From positions 3,008,001 through 3,072,000 of the forward strand of contig CBDFLE010000006.1 in NCBI GenBank assembly GCA_965248925.1: 64,000 nt of DNA, read 5' to 3'. Each line of letters starts with the position of its first letter. Position 1 is the first letter of the stretch. Both the position numbers and the translations under genes were made by a program. The DNA is from Candidatus Multivoradales bacterium (GTDB lineage Bacteria > Acidobacteriota > Thermoanaerobaculia > Multivoradales > J023). This document shows positions 37,209 through 48,567 of this stretch, piece by piece. The notes under the pieces are model-generated. The model was not told the origin of the DNA. It saw only the letters and a list, made by a program, of their open reading frames with translations, and searched no databases.

Positions 37209-37468
37209 TGCCAAAAGTCTTGGTCTATTTTTTCGAAGGACTCGAGGCTATGCGAAAAATCCTGTGCCTCTTCTTTTGACCAGACGCCGATGAAGTCGTC
37301 CAGCGAAGAACCGACCACGTCGGCCTGCCCGGCAGGGGTGTCCAAGCCGGCGCCCTTGCGCATCAAGAAAAGGGCTGCCTTGTTGAGCGACAAACCGCGC
37401 CGGTGCGCCAGTTGTCGCAGGTATTGCTCGAGCTGGGTGTCGAAGCCTCGGAGAGTCAATTGAGTCAT
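37205..37468 (-). CDS. vapB: Ribbon-helix-helix antitoxin (FitA/VapB-like)
   Basis: MTQLTLRGFD..L...L...A...GLSLN, acidic C-terminus, directly upstream of vapC. Confidence 0.85.
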   Translation of the reverse strand: MTQLTLRGFDTQLEQYLRQLAHRRGLSLNKAALFLMRKGAGLDTPAGQADVVGSSLDDFIGVWSKEEAQDFSHSLESFEKIDQDFWQ

Positions 37469-37524
37469 CCTAAGTCGCTATCCTTGAACCAGAGAGTGAG
37501 TCATAGTGAGTCACTTTATGACTC
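37453..37524. promoter_or_regulatory. GAGTCA/TGACTC repeat cluster, likely vapBC autorepression operators
   Basis: GAGTCA at 37453, 37462, 37498 and 37508; inverted TGACTC at 37519. Confidence 0.65.
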
Positions 37525-37580
37525 GCCAGAGTGGCTGTCAACTCTTGCGTGAAGCGATGCGGTTGAAACTTGCTGGTTCC

Positions 37581-37620
37581 AGCGACAAAAGCCCGCGCTT
37601 TGGCGCGGGCTTTTGTCGCT
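37581..37620. terminator. Bidirectional intrinsic terminator
   Basis: Perfect 18-bp stem AGCGACAAAAGCCCGCGC-TTTG-GCGCGGGCTTTTGTCGCT downstream of the acyl-CoA dehydrogenase. Confidence 0.9.
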
Positions 37621-37647
37621 CCAGATGATAACCGGAACCCGCCGAAG

Positions 37648-39537
37648 CTAGCCGACCGCTACCGGTCGGGCTTCCTTCTTGGCTTCGACCTGGGCCGGCG
37701 CCGGGGCTTCGAGGTCGAGTCCCTTGAGCATCTCTTCGAGCCACAGTTGACGACCCTTGAGCACGCCATTGGCGATCTTGACCTTGAGGTCGTCGTCGTT
37801 GAGCCACAAGTCGCGGAACAGCTGCTTGACCTTGCGTCGTGAGTTGCGGCAGAAGAGATCGGCCAGCTGGCCGGCCTGTTTGGCGTTGCGATGACCCTGC
37901 TGTCGCATGGCGTGGGCGCGGCTGGCGCTGGCCGACATGGCGAGCAGTTCGTTGGCGATGTCGACCACTCGGAAGAGGAACAACTGCTTGCGCTCCATCT
38001 TGGCCTGGTAGACCATCATGCCGTGGAAGATCTGCCGCGCCATCCGCCGGGTGCTGCGCTCGACGAAGCGCAGGTGCGGGGCAAAAGCGCCATATTCGGC
38101 GAAGGTCTGGAAGCCGACCCAGCGGGTGGGATACCAGGAGGCGTAGAAGGCGGCGATCTTGGGCAGCGCCTGGGCCTTCTCGCTAGCGCTCTTGCGCGGG
38201 TCGATCATCGCTCCGGCCACCTGCAGGTGCTTGTCGACCGCCTCGCGCGCCATGAAGAGGTGCATGATCTCGCTCGACCCTTCGAAGATCTTGTTGATCC
38301 GATAGTCGCGCATCATCCGCTCGACGCCGATCGGCTGCTCGCCGCGAGCGCGCAGGGAACTCTCGGTCTCGTAGCCGCGACCGCCGCGAATCTGCATGGT
38401 GTCGTCGACGATCTCCCAAGCGCGGCAGCTATTCCATTCTTTGGCCGCCGCCGCTTCGAGGCGGATGTCGAAGTTGCCACGATTAGACATCTCGGTGGCC
38501 AGCTTGGCGACCGATTCCATGGCGAAGGTGGTGCAGGCCATGTCGGCGATCTTGTGGGCGATGGCTTCGTGACGGCCGATCGGCTTGCCCCATTGCACCC
38601 GCTCACTGGACCACTGGCGGCAGATCTGCAGCGCCCTCTTGGCCATGCCGACCGAGCCGTTTGGGATCGACAGGCGACCGTCGTTCAAGGTGGTCAGGGC
38701 GATCTTCAAGCCGCGCCCCAACTGGCCGATCAGGTTCTCAACTGGGATTTTGACCTCTGTGAAGCTGAGCACCGCGTTGGCCAGCGCGCGCAGGCCCATG
38801 AAGTGGCAACGATGCTCGACCTTGACCCCTTCCCAGTCGGTCTCGACCACGAAAGAGCTGATCTTGCGAGTTTCCGAGTCCACAGCCATGACCACCAACA
38901 GCTTGGCCAGGGTGCCGTTGGTGCACCACAACTTGACGCCGTTCAAGATGTAGTGCTGGCCGTCGTCGCTGAGTTGGTAGGTGGTGGTCATCCGCGCCGG
39001 GTCCGAACCCACCTGATCTTCGGTCAGGGCGAAGGCTGAGATCTCGCCCTTGGCACAACGCGGCAGGTACTTTTTCTTCAACTTGTCCGAACCGAAAAGC
39101 TTCAGCGGCTGCGGCACGCCGATCGACTGATGGGCGGACAGCAGAGCCGAGAGGTTGCCGTCCTGGGCACCGAGCATCTCCATCACCTTGCCGTACTCGA
39201 CCTGATCGAATCCCAGGCCACCGTACTCGGTGGGGATCTTCATGCCGAAGGCGCCGAGCTTGCGCAGGCCGTCGACCACTTCTTCGGGGTATTCGCCGCT
39301 GGCGTCGATCGCGTCGCTGTCGACATGGTCGCGGAGGAATTCTTTCAGCGTGTTGAAGAAAGCGACGAATTCGGGCCGCTGCTCGCCGTCCAGAGGGAAG
39401 GGGTGGATCAGGTCGAGGCGGAAGTTGCCGAGGAACATCTCGCGCATGAAGCTCGGCTGGGTCCACTCGGTCTGACGGGACGCCTCGGCGACCTCTCTCG
39501 CCTCTTGTTCGCTGACGTGGATCTTTTTGCTGGCCAT
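37648..39537 (-). CDS. Acyl-CoA dehydrogenase (long ACAD9/VLCAD-like type)
   Basis: AHQSIG, FALTE..GSD, LNG.K.W.TNG, QIRGGRGYE and RINKIFEGSSEI motifs. Confidence 0.95.
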   Translation of the reverse strand: MASKKIHVSEQEAREVAEASRQTEWTQPSFMREMFLGNFRLDLIHPFPLDGEQRPEFVAFFNTLKEFLRDHVDSDAIDASGEYPEEVVDGLRKLGAFGMKIPTEYGGLGFDQVEYGKVMEMLGAQDGNLSALLSAHQSIGVPQPLKLFGSDKLKKKYLPRCAKGEISAFALTEDQVGSDPARMTTTYQLSDDGQHYILNGVKLWCTNGTLAKLLVVMAVDSETRKISSFVVETDWEGVKVEHRCHFMGLRALANAVLSFTEVKIPVENLIGQLGRGLKIALTTLNDGRLSIPNGSVGMAKRALQICRQWSSERVQWGKPIGRHEAIAHKIADMACTTFAMESVAKLATEMSNRGNFDIRLEAAAAKEWNSCRAWEIVDDTMQIRGGRGYETESSLRARGEQPIGVERMMRDYRINKIFEGSSEIMHLFMAREAVDKHLQVAGAMIDPRKSASEKAQALPKIAAFYASWYPTRWVGFQTFAEYGAFAPHLRFVERSTRRMARQIFHGMMVYQAKMERKQLFLFRVVDIANELLAMSASASRAHAMRQQGHRNAKQAGQLADLFCRNSRRKVKQLFRDLWLNDDDLKVKIANGVLKGRQLWLEEMLKGLDLEAPAPAQVEAKKEARPVAVG

Positions 39538-39601
39538 TCTGGAGTCTCCTTCCTTGGGTGCGGTCTTGGCTGAAAGCTGGATTTCCTGCGCCGAATCGGG
39601 G

Positions 39602-40246
39602 CTAGCCGTCCGGCGGGTCGAGCAAGATGCCGAGGGCTACGCGGGTGACGTCGTCGGCTACTTGCCGACCGTCGAGATCGCCACTGCTGTCGTACCAGCG
39701 GGCGATCCACATCACCATGCCGAGCAGGCTGAAAGCACCGACGGTACTGTCCACCCGGCGCAAGCGGCCCTGCTCGCCGAGTTCTTCTAAGGTGTCGCGG
39801 ACGAGTTCAAAATACTCCCGCTTGCGGCCGATGATCTCCGCCCGCTGCTCGGGGCTGAGGCCGTCGACTTCGTCGATCAAGATCGCCAGGGCGCCAGTGT
39901 CGTGGGTCAGTAGGTAGGCGTGGCGACGAATGATCACCGCCAGCCGCTCGGCGGGTTCGCTGACCCCACGGGCATGGCTGACCACATGCCGTTCGAGCAG
40001 GTCCATGGCCAGGTGAGTGATCTTGTAGAGCAGCTCTTTCTTGCCCTTGACGTAGTAGTACAGGCCCGGTTTGGTGAGTCCCACCGCCTCGGCAATCTCG
40101 CTCATCGAAGTAGCATCAAAACCCTTCTTGCGGATGAGCTTGGCGGCGGTGCGGTAGATCAGGCCGGCGCGATCGTCCTCGAACGGCACCAGGTCAGCCG
40201 CATCGTCGATGGGGACTGCCAAGGTGATGCTGCTGGCGTTACTCAT
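39602..40246 (-). CDS. TetR/AcrR family regulator (KstR2-like)
   Basis: KGFDATSMSEIAEAVGLTKPGLYYY..GKKELL and WIARWY motifs; start uncertain (40246 or 40297). Confidence 0.92.
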   Translation of the reverse strand: MSNASSITLAVPIDDAADLVPFEDDRAGLIYRTAAKLIRKKGFDATSMSEIAEAVGLTKPGLYYYVKGKKELLYKITHLAMDLLERHVVSHARGVSEPAERLAVIIRRHAYLLTHDTGALAILIDEVDGLSPEQRAEIIGRKREYFELVRDTLEELGEQGRLRRVDSTVGAFSLLGMVMWIARWYDSSGDLDGRQVADDVTRVALGILLDPPDG

Positions 40247-40339
40247 GCGGTTGCTGTGCTGCTTGTTTCGGGCGCTGATTTTTCTTGTCTTGGGCAATAA
40301 CTGTGCGCGGCACAGCGAGAGCGAGTTTTTCAGTCGCTA

Positions 40340-40384
40340 CCTACCGGTCGGTAGGATTCTGTCGCCAGATGCCACGGCTGTCAA
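40340..40384 (-). promoter_or_regulatory. Promoter with palindromic TetR operator
   Basis: Minus-strand TTGACA (40384-40379)-N17-CAGAAT, followed by palindrome CCTACCG-GT-CGGTAGG (40340-40355). Confidence 0.7.
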
Positions 40385-40539
40385 GCTCTTTGCCGCAAAG
40401 CGGCAGAAAAAGTCTCTCTGCGGCGTGGTCACTCGAGCCGCCGGATGAGTCGTCCAGGGACTCGCTAGTGGTTGTTGTCGACTTGACTGGCGGCTATTCT
40501 CAGCCGTAGCCGGTAGCCCGCACAATCCTTGGTGGATCG

Positions 40540-40995
40540 ATGGTATTTCGCCCCAGCTTGCCGCAGAACAGTCCGCGAGAAATCCGCCGGGTGTTGCGGC
40601 ATTTGCGCGACCTGATCGAAGACACGGAGCTGACCCAGACCGCTATCGAGCAGCGGGCGGGCTTGTCGGCGGGCTACCTGCGGCAGCTGCTCGGCGGCCG
40701 AGTCGATCTTAAGTTTCGCCACGTTCTAGCTGTGCTGGCGGTCTTGGCGGTGCCGCCGAGTCGCTTTTGGAGCTCGGTATTTCCGCGCGCGAGTCAGCAG
40801 CTGCCGTACCTGTCTCACGGCCGTTGGCCAGCATTGACAACCCAGCTCGGTGGCCAACAAGAAGTGGTCCGGCTCTATGGCTTTGGCATCGAATCGGTCG
40901 AACGTCTGCGCCGCCGGCTGGAGAATTGTGAGAGTGATTTGATCGAGTTGCTCGACAGCGGATTGCTGGAAGAAGTGCAGCGCCGAAGCGAGTAG
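40540..40995 (+). CDS. XRE-like HTH transcriptional regulator
   Basis: LTQTAIEQRAGLSAGYLRQLLGGRVDLK...L..L.VPP..F; C-terminal coiled coil. Confidence 0.8.
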   Translation: MVFRPSLPQNSPREIRRVLRHLRDLIEDTELTQTAIEQRAGLSAGYLRQLLGGRVDLKFRHVLAVLAVLAVPPSRFWSSVFPRASQQLPYLSHGRWPALTTQLGGQQEVVRLYGFGIESVERLRRRLENCESDLIELLDSGLLEEVQRRSE

Positions 40996-41065
40996 GCGGT
41001 CGTTGGCTGCCTAAGCGCGGTACAATTGAGCAGCGTTCGCGCCCTACGCCGAGGTCTCGAAAACC

Positions 41066-42097
41066 ATGCAAAAAAATGCCTTCAAGCTCTTTCTGCCAAT
41101 TCTGGTGACCCTGTTGGCCGGCTGCGGCGACGGTCGGACGCCGTTGGTGGTCTACTCGCCTCACGGTCGCGATCTGCTGAATTTGGTCGAGCAGGTCTTC
41201 GAGGAAGCCAATCCCGAGGTCGATGTTCGCTGGCTCGACATGGGCTCACAAGAAGTCTACGACCGGATCCGTTCGGAGCAGGCCAACCCACAGGCCGACG
41301 TTTGGTTTGGCGGTCCGGCGACGATCCTCGCGCGCGGCGCCGCTGACGGTCTGTTGCAGCCCTATCGGCCGGCCTGGGTTGACGCCTTGCGTCCCGACGA
41401 CGGCCATCCGGACGATCTCTTCTTTCCCCTCTACCGCACGCCGCCGATCTTGGTTTTCAATGAGCAGGCGGTAAGCGCTGAGGAAGCCCCCCACGATTGG
41501 GAAGATCTGCTCGATGAGCGCTGGCGCGGCCAAGTGTTGGTGCGTGACCCGCTGGCCAGCGGCACCATGCGGACCATCTTCGGTATGGTGCTGGCGCGCT
41601 CGGTGACCGAGACCGGTGACGAAGCGAGTGGTTTCGACTGGCTGCGACGGCTCGACGCGCAGACGAAGGAGTATGTCCCCAGCCCAGCCTTGCTGCATCA
41701 GAAAATGATGCGCCAGGAGGGTCTGGTCACTCTCTGGGAGCTGACCGACATCCTCTTCCAGCGGCTGCGCGGGGCACCCTTGGGTTACCATTTTCCTACC
41801 AGCGGATCGCCGGTCATCGATGATTCGGTGGGTATCGTCGCGGGCGCTCGCCAGCCGGATGAGGCCCGTCGCCTGGTCGACTGGCTGGGCAGCCGCGAAG
41901 CCCAGCTGCTAGCAGCCGCGAAGGCCTTCCGGCTGCCAGCCCGCACCGATCTGGCAGCTGATGAGTTGCCCGAGTGGGCCGGTGAGGCGCTGGCGCAGTT
42001 GGTCACCGCCGAGGTTGATTGGCAGCTTATCGAGAGTCGCGGCGCGGAGTGGATGAACATTTGGGATCGCGAGGTTCGCGGTCGGGGCACGCCGTAG
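41066..42097 (+). CDS. ABC transporter substrate-binding lipoprotein (AfuA/FbpA family)
   Basis: LAGC lipobox; E..NPQADVWFGG and P.DWEDLLD.RW.G....DP..SGT motifs. Confidence 0.9.
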   Translation: MQKNAFKLFLPILVTLLAGCGDGRTPLVVYSPHGRDLLNLVEQVFEEANPEVDVRWLDMGSQEVYDRIRSEQANPQADVWFGGPATILARGAADGLLQPYRPAWVDALRPDDGHPDDLFFPLYRTPPILVFNEQAVSAEEAPHDWEDLLDERWRGQVLVRDPLASGTMRTIFGMVLARSVTETGDEASGFDWLRRLDAQTKEYVPSPALLHQKMMRQEGLVTLWELTDILFQRLRGAPLGYHFPTSGSPVIDDSVGIVAGARQPDEARRLVDWLGSREAQLLAAAKAFRLPARTDLAADELPEWAGEALAQLVTAEVDWQLIESRGAEWMNIWDREVRGRGTP

Positions 42098-42117
42098 GTG
42101 GCGGGCGAGTTGGCCGG

Positions 42118-43212
42118 ATGAGCGATGCGACCGACAAGGGCAGCTTTGTCGAGCTGCGACGGCTGGCGAAGAGCTTTGGCGACACCGTCGTGCTGCGCGG
42201 TCTCGATCTCCGATTGAGACAGGGCGAGATCCTCGCTCTGGTAGGTCCCAGCGGCAGCGGCAAGACCACCATCTTGCGCCTGCTGGCCGGTTTCGAAAGC
42301 GCTAGCGGCGGCCAGATTCGCATTGCCGGTGAGGATGTCGCCAGCCAACCGCCAGCCAAGCGGGGGGTTGGAATGGTGTTTCAACACTACGCCCTGTTTC
42401 CCCATATGACAGTGGCCGAGAATGTTGCCTTCGGCCTCGAAGCGCGGCGCTGGCAGCAGCCTCGCATTGTTGATCGAGTAGCAGAGATGCTGCGCTTGGT
42501 CGATCTTTCCGGGCTCGGCGAACGCCGGGTGAGCGAGATTTCCGGTGGTCAGCAGCAGCGGGTCGCACTGGCTCGAGCACTAGCCCCCGAGCCACGATTG
42601 CTGCTCCTTGACGAGCCGCTGTCGAATCTCGACCCGGCGCTCAGGGAGCGCACCCGGCGGGAGCTGCGCGAGGCGGTGAAGAAGATTGGAATCACTACCG
42701 TGCTGGTGACCCATGAGCAAGAGGAAGCCTTCCACCTTGGTGATCGAGTGGCGGTTTTGCACCGTGGTCGATTGTGCCAAGTGGGTTCGGCGCGGGAACT
42801 CTACGAACGGCCGGCTAGCCGCTTCGTGGCTGGCTTCGTCGGTCGGGCCAGTTCCTTCGCGGGCAGCGTCGAAGGTGCTGCCACTGCCGAGCAAGCCGCG
42901 GTGGCGAGGATCGGCGCGATCCTATGGCCGGCGGTGGCCGGTGAGCCCGTAGCGGCTGGCCAAGCGGTCGAGTTGGTGGCCCGGCCGGAAAGCCTGATAT
43001 TGACCGCCCCGGATCTGGCAATGCCTGTCGGAGTGGTCGAGGAAGTGCGCTTCACCGGCCCGGCTAGTTATGCCAGATTGAGCCTCGACGATGGCGGCGG
43101 GGCCGAGGTGTTGATCGACGGCGCGCCGCCAGCAGTGGGCGAGCGGCGGGGGTTGGTGCTACGCCCTGGCGCCTTGCCGGCGCGGCTCTTTGGCCTTCTG
43201 GACGACGATTGA
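42118..43212 (+). CDS. ABC transporter ATP-binding protein (FbpC/PotA family)
   Basis: GPSGSGKT, ISGGQQQR, LLLDEPLSNLD and VTHEQEEA motifs. Confidence 0.95.
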   Translation: MSDATDKGSFVELRRLAKSFGDTVVLRGLDLRLRQGEILALVGPSGSGKTTILRLLAGFESASGGQIRIAGEDVASQPPAKRGVGMVFQHYALFPHMTVAENVAFGLEARRWQQPRIVDRVAEMLRLVDLSGLGERRVSEISGGQQQRVALARALAPEPRLLLLDEPLSNLDPALRERTRRELREAVKKIGITTVLVTHEQEEAFHLGDRVAVLHRGRLCQVGSARELYERPASRFVAGFVGRASSFAGSVEGAATAEQAAVARIGAILWPAVAGEPVAAGQAVELVARPESLILTAPDLAMPVGVVEEVRFTGPASYARLSLDDGGGAEVLIDGAPPAVGERRGLVLRPGALPARLFGLLDDD

Positions 43213-44864
43213 TGGTGGTCACCGGTCGCCGCCAGGTCCTCGGCGTAGGCGCCGCGGTGCTGCTCGGTTGGCTGGTGGGTTATCCCCTTCTGCTGACCGC
43301 TGTCGAAGCTCTGCGGGGCAGCGAGGGCTGGGCTTTCGGGCTGGTGGCGGAAATCCTTCAGCGCGATAGCGAGTGGATAGCGCTGTGGCGAAGTGTGTGG
43401 ATCTCCCTGGCCTCGGTGGCTTTGGCGGCGGCGCTGGGGGTGCCTTTGGCGTTTGTGTTCGAGCGCACCGACTTCCCCGGCCGTCGCATACTCGGAGCGC
43501 TGGTGGTGTTGCCGGTGGCGCTGCCACCGCTAGTAGGGGTGATCGCTTTTCTTTTCCTGTACGGCGAGAGTGGCTTCGTGTCGCGGCTGCTGCAGCTAGT
43601 CTTCGATCTCGAGCGGCCGCCTTGGAGTTTTCAAGGTGCTGGCGCCATCCTGCTGGTCCATGCCTACTCGATGTACGTCTATTTTTACCTCTTCGTGCGT
43701 GCTGCGTTGGCGCGGCTCGATGGTTCGATGCTGGACGCGGCGGCGGTGTTGGGTGCCAGCCGCGGGCGGATTCTCTGGCGGGTGGTGTTGCCGCAGCTGC
43801 GGCCGGCTTTGTTGGGTGCCGGTCTACTAACCTTCATGACCTCGTTGGGTTCCTTCTCGGCGCCGTACATCTTTGGCGGCGGCTATCGGGTGATGACCAC
43901 TCAGATCGTCGCTTCGAAGGTCAGCGGCCAACTGCAAGCGGCCAAGGTTGAGGCGGTGCTGCTGGCGGCGGTGGCATTGCTGGCGCTGTGGGCCATCCGC
44001 CGCCTGCAAGGGCCCGCGGCTACGGCCTCGGCGCATGGGGTGGCGCCAGCTCGGCGGCGGATCGTCGAGCCCTGGGCACGGTTGGCTTTCACCGTGCTGG
44101 GCTGGTGCCTGGCTCTGCTGCTGCTCTTGCCCCACTTGACCTTGCTGTTGATTTCGCTGGTGCCGATCGGCACCTGGACCACTGAATTGCTGCCGCCGAG
44201 CCTGGCGTGGGTCAACTATCGCGAGGTGGCCTCGCATCCAGAACGCTTGCGGCCGCTGTTGAACTCGTTGTGGATGGCCACCGTGGCTACCGCCGGGGCG
44301 GTGGCCTTGGGGTTGTTCGCGGCGCGTCAATCGCTGCGTCTGCGCGGTCGGTTGGGGGCTTTTTTGGAGGGCTTGGTGGCGCTGCCCTGGGCGATTCCGG
44401 GCACGGTTTTCGCTCTGGCGTTGGCCACTACTTTCAGTGTCCGCCAGCCTTGGCTGGGGCGTTTTCTCTGGGTCGGTACACCGATCATTCTGCCGCTAGC
44501 CTACTTGGTGCGCTGTTTGCCGATCACCGGTCGAGCATCGCTGGCGGGTTTGAGGCAGCTCGATCCGGCTCTCGAAGAAGCCGCCGATGGGTTAGGAGCC
44601 GGCTCTTGGCGCCGTTTTCGTCGCATCCTGCTGCCGCTGGTCAAGCCTTCCCTGGTAGCCGGTGCCGGGTTGTGTTTCATCACCGCGCTGGGGGATTTTG
44701 TCGCCTCGGTGGTGCTCTACACCTACGAGACCAGGCCGCTCTCGATCGAAATCCAGAGTGCCTTACGGGTGCAGGAGTTCGGTGTGGCGGCGGTCTATGG
44801 GGTGCTGCTGATGCTGATCAGCGCGGCGGCTTTTCTGGCTTGGGGCCGTGGCGAGGTCCGCTAG
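43212..44864 (+). CDS. Iron(III)-type ABC transporter permease (duplicated domain)
   Basis: Two EAA-like loops (DAAAVLGAS, EEAADGLGA); multiple TMs. Confidence 0.92.
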   Translation: MVVTGRRQVLGVGAAVLLGWLVGYPLLLTAVEALRGSEGWAFGLVAEILQRDSEWIALWRSVWISLASVALAAALGVPLAFVFERTDFPGRRILGALVVLPVALPPLVGVIAFLFLYGESGFVSRLLQLVFDLERPPWSFQGAGAILLVHAYSMYVYFYLFVRAALARLDGSMLDAAAVLGASRGRILWRVVLPQLRPALLGAGLLTFMTSLGSFSAPYIFGGGYRVMTTQIVASKVSGQLQAAKVEAVLLAAVALLALWAIRRLQGPAATASAHGVAPARRRIVEPWARLAFTVLGWCLALLLLLPHLTLLLISLVPIGTWTTELLPPSLAWVNYREVASHPERLRPLLNSLWMATVATAGAVALGLFAARQSLRLRGRLGAFLEGLVALPWAIPGTVFALALATTFSVRQPWLGRFLWVGTPIILPLAYLVRCLPITGRASLAGLRQLDPALEEAADGLGAGSWRRFRRILLPLVKPSLVAGAGLCFITALGDFVASVVLYTYETRPLSIEIQSALRVQEFGVAAVYGVLLMLISAAAFLAWGRGEVR

Positions 44865-46054
44865 TGCCGCCGGCCAAGCTGTCGGTGAAGCGCCTATGGG
44901 TGCTGATGGTCACTGCTTTTGTCGACATGATCGGCTTTGCGCTGATCATGCCTTTACTGCCCTTCTACGCCACCCGTTTTGGTGCCTCGCCATCGATCAT
45001 CGGGGTATTGATCGCGGCTTTCGCCGTCGCCCAGCTGATTTCGGCGCCACTCTGGGGGAGGTTGTCAGACCGCTTCGGCCGCCGGCCGGTGCTGCTCAGC
45101 GGCCAGGCCCTGGCCGCCGGCTCGTTTCTGGTCTTCGCCGGCGCCGACTCGGTGTGGCTGCTACTGGCCAGCCGCTTTTTGCAGGGCATCGGCGGCGGCA
45201 CGATCAGCGCCGCCCAGGCCTATGTCGGCGATGCGGTTGGCCCTGAAGAGCGCGCCAAAGCCCTCGGTTGGATCACCGCCTGTAGCAGTGCCGGGGTGAT
45301 GGTGGGTCCGGCGATCGCCTCCTTGAGCATTCGCTACAGCTACGCGGCGCCGGGTTTGATCGCGGCCCTGCTGTCGGTGCTTGGCCTGCTCTTTGCCTGG
45401 CGCTGGTTGCCAGAGTCTTCGGCGCCGCGAAAAGTCGGCGCGGTGGCTCCCGAGCGCCCGTCGTTGCTGCGGGCACTTGCCGATGTGCTACGCCATCCCG
45501 GCCGGCCGGTCAACGCGCTGATCTGGATCTACGCTGCTGGCATGATGGCTTTCATGGCCCTCAACGGGGTGATGGCTCTCTATTTGGCGGCCCATTTTGG
45601 GGTCACCGAGCGCAACATCGGCTGGTATTACGTCGCTATCGGTGCGGTGGCGGTGGTGATGCGGGCGCTGGTGCTGGGAGCGGCGGTGGGGCGCTTTGGC
45701 GAGGTTCGGGTGCTGCGCATCGGCGCTCTGTTGCTGGCACTGGGTATGGTGATGGCGCCGTTCGCCACCACCCCACGGACCTTCTTGGCTGCCGCGGTGT
45801 GTATTCCCGCCGGCACCTCGCTGCTCTTTCCCTGCACCACCTCGTTGGTGTCGCGCTACTCGCCGCGGGGGGGCATGGGTCAAAGTCACGGCGTGCAGCA
45901 GGCGATGGGCGGGGTCAGCCGGATGCTTGGCCCCCTCTGGGCGACGGCGTTGTTCGAGCGCCTGGGCCACGCCGAGCCGTTCTGGATCAGCGCCGCCCTG
46001 GTGCTGGCGACAGCGTTATTCTCGCTCAAGCTGCACCCCCGTCAGTCGCAGTAG
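44864..46054 (+). CDS. MFS transporter (TetA/DHA1-like)
   Basis: DMIGFALIMPLLPFY and WGRLSDRFGRRPVLL (motif A); GTG start inferred. Confidence 0.9.
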   Translation: MPPAKLSVKRLWVLMVTAFVDMIGFALIMPLLPFYATRFGASPSIIGVLIAAFAVAQLISAPLWGRLSDRFGRRPVLLSGQALAAGSFLVFAGADSVWLLLASRFLQGIGGGTISAAQAYVGDAVGPEERAKALGWITACSSAGVMVGPAIASLSIRYSYAAPGLIAALLSVLGLLFAWRWLPESSAPRKVGAVAPERPSLLRALADVLRHPGRPVNALIWIYAAGMMAFMALNGVMALYLAAHFGVTERNIGWYYVAIGAVAVVMRALVLGAAVGRFGEVRVLRIGALLLALGMVMAPFATTPRTFLAAAVCIPAGTSLLFPCTTSLVSRYSPRGGMGQSHGVQQAMGGVSRMLGPLWATALFERLGHAEPFWISAALVLATALFSLKLHPRQSQ

Positions 46055-46112
46055 GGTGCAGTAGGCGAGAAACGAGATGAGTAGCGAGAGTGAGGGTCAG
46101 GGTCAGAAACTG

Positions 46113-46140
46113 AAAAAGCCAGGCGGTGAGGCCTGGCTTT
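46113..46140 (-). terminator. Intrinsic terminator after the tRNA (possibly bidirectional)
   Basis: AAAGCCAGGC / GCCTGGCTTT stem with A/T tracts. Confidence 0.8.
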
Positions 46141-46152
46141 GAAAAGTCGGGT

Positions 46153-46229
<77 letters not shown>

Positions 46230-46389
46230 TCCGTTGTCCCGAAAGAAGCCTTACGGCTCCTTCCTCAAGGGTTGCGCAGGATTCCACAGTTGCGGAGGGT
46301 TGTCAACTAGGATTTTTGCCGGCGTTCGAATTGGTCCAAACTAGGGTCCTGCGCGTTGACCTCTGGAGCTTTGCCGGCAATGCGGATAA

Positions 46390-48104
<1,715 letters not shown>

Positions 48105-48228
48105 TCTGGCGCGACCGCCGGGCCAGCGTCGAACCTCGGTTCTAGGCATCACCTTCGGGTTCTTGCCTTTGAACACCTTGACGAGATAAATAGAGAGCGT
48201 TATTGTGCAAAAACAATTAGCAGTATTT

Positions 48229-48260
48229 GAATTTGAACAAGTCAGAATTTGAACAAGTCA
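48229..48260. repeat. Perfect 16-bp tandem duplication GAATTTGAACAAGTCA
   Basis: Copies at 48229-48244 and 48245-48260, just upstream of the RBS of the 48274 gene. Confidence 0.9.
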
Positions 48261-48273
48261 ACGTGAGGACAAC

Positions 48274-48567
48274 GTGTATTCAGGACCAATCTTTCGACTT
48301 CTTTTCACTGCGCTGTGTGTCTTGGTGTTGCTCCTGCCGGCGTCAAGAGTGAAGAGTGCTGAAAGTGACTGTAAGTATTGTCACGAATTTGTGGATATTG
48401 GCGAGTGCATCGGAGTTCAGGACCCTTCTCCGGGCTTAGATACCCTTAGTAACTGTCGGGGGACGCGACTGTGCTACCGCTACTGGATTGTCTTGCCGGA
48501 TGGAACTACTGAGTATGTAGTCTTCTGCCGTCCCTATTGCTTCGGTGATCTGTGCCTTTGGGTCTGA
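48274..48567 (+). CDS. Small secreted Cys-rich protein (8 Cys in mature part, includes CKYCH)
   Basis: GAGGA RBS, GTG start, signal peptide; ends CFGDLCLWV. Confidence 0.75.
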   Translation: MYSGPIFRLLFTALCVLVLLLPASRVKSAESDCKYCHEFVDIGECIGVQDPSPGLDTLSNCRGTRLCYRYWIVLPDGTTEYVVFCRPYCFGDLCLWV

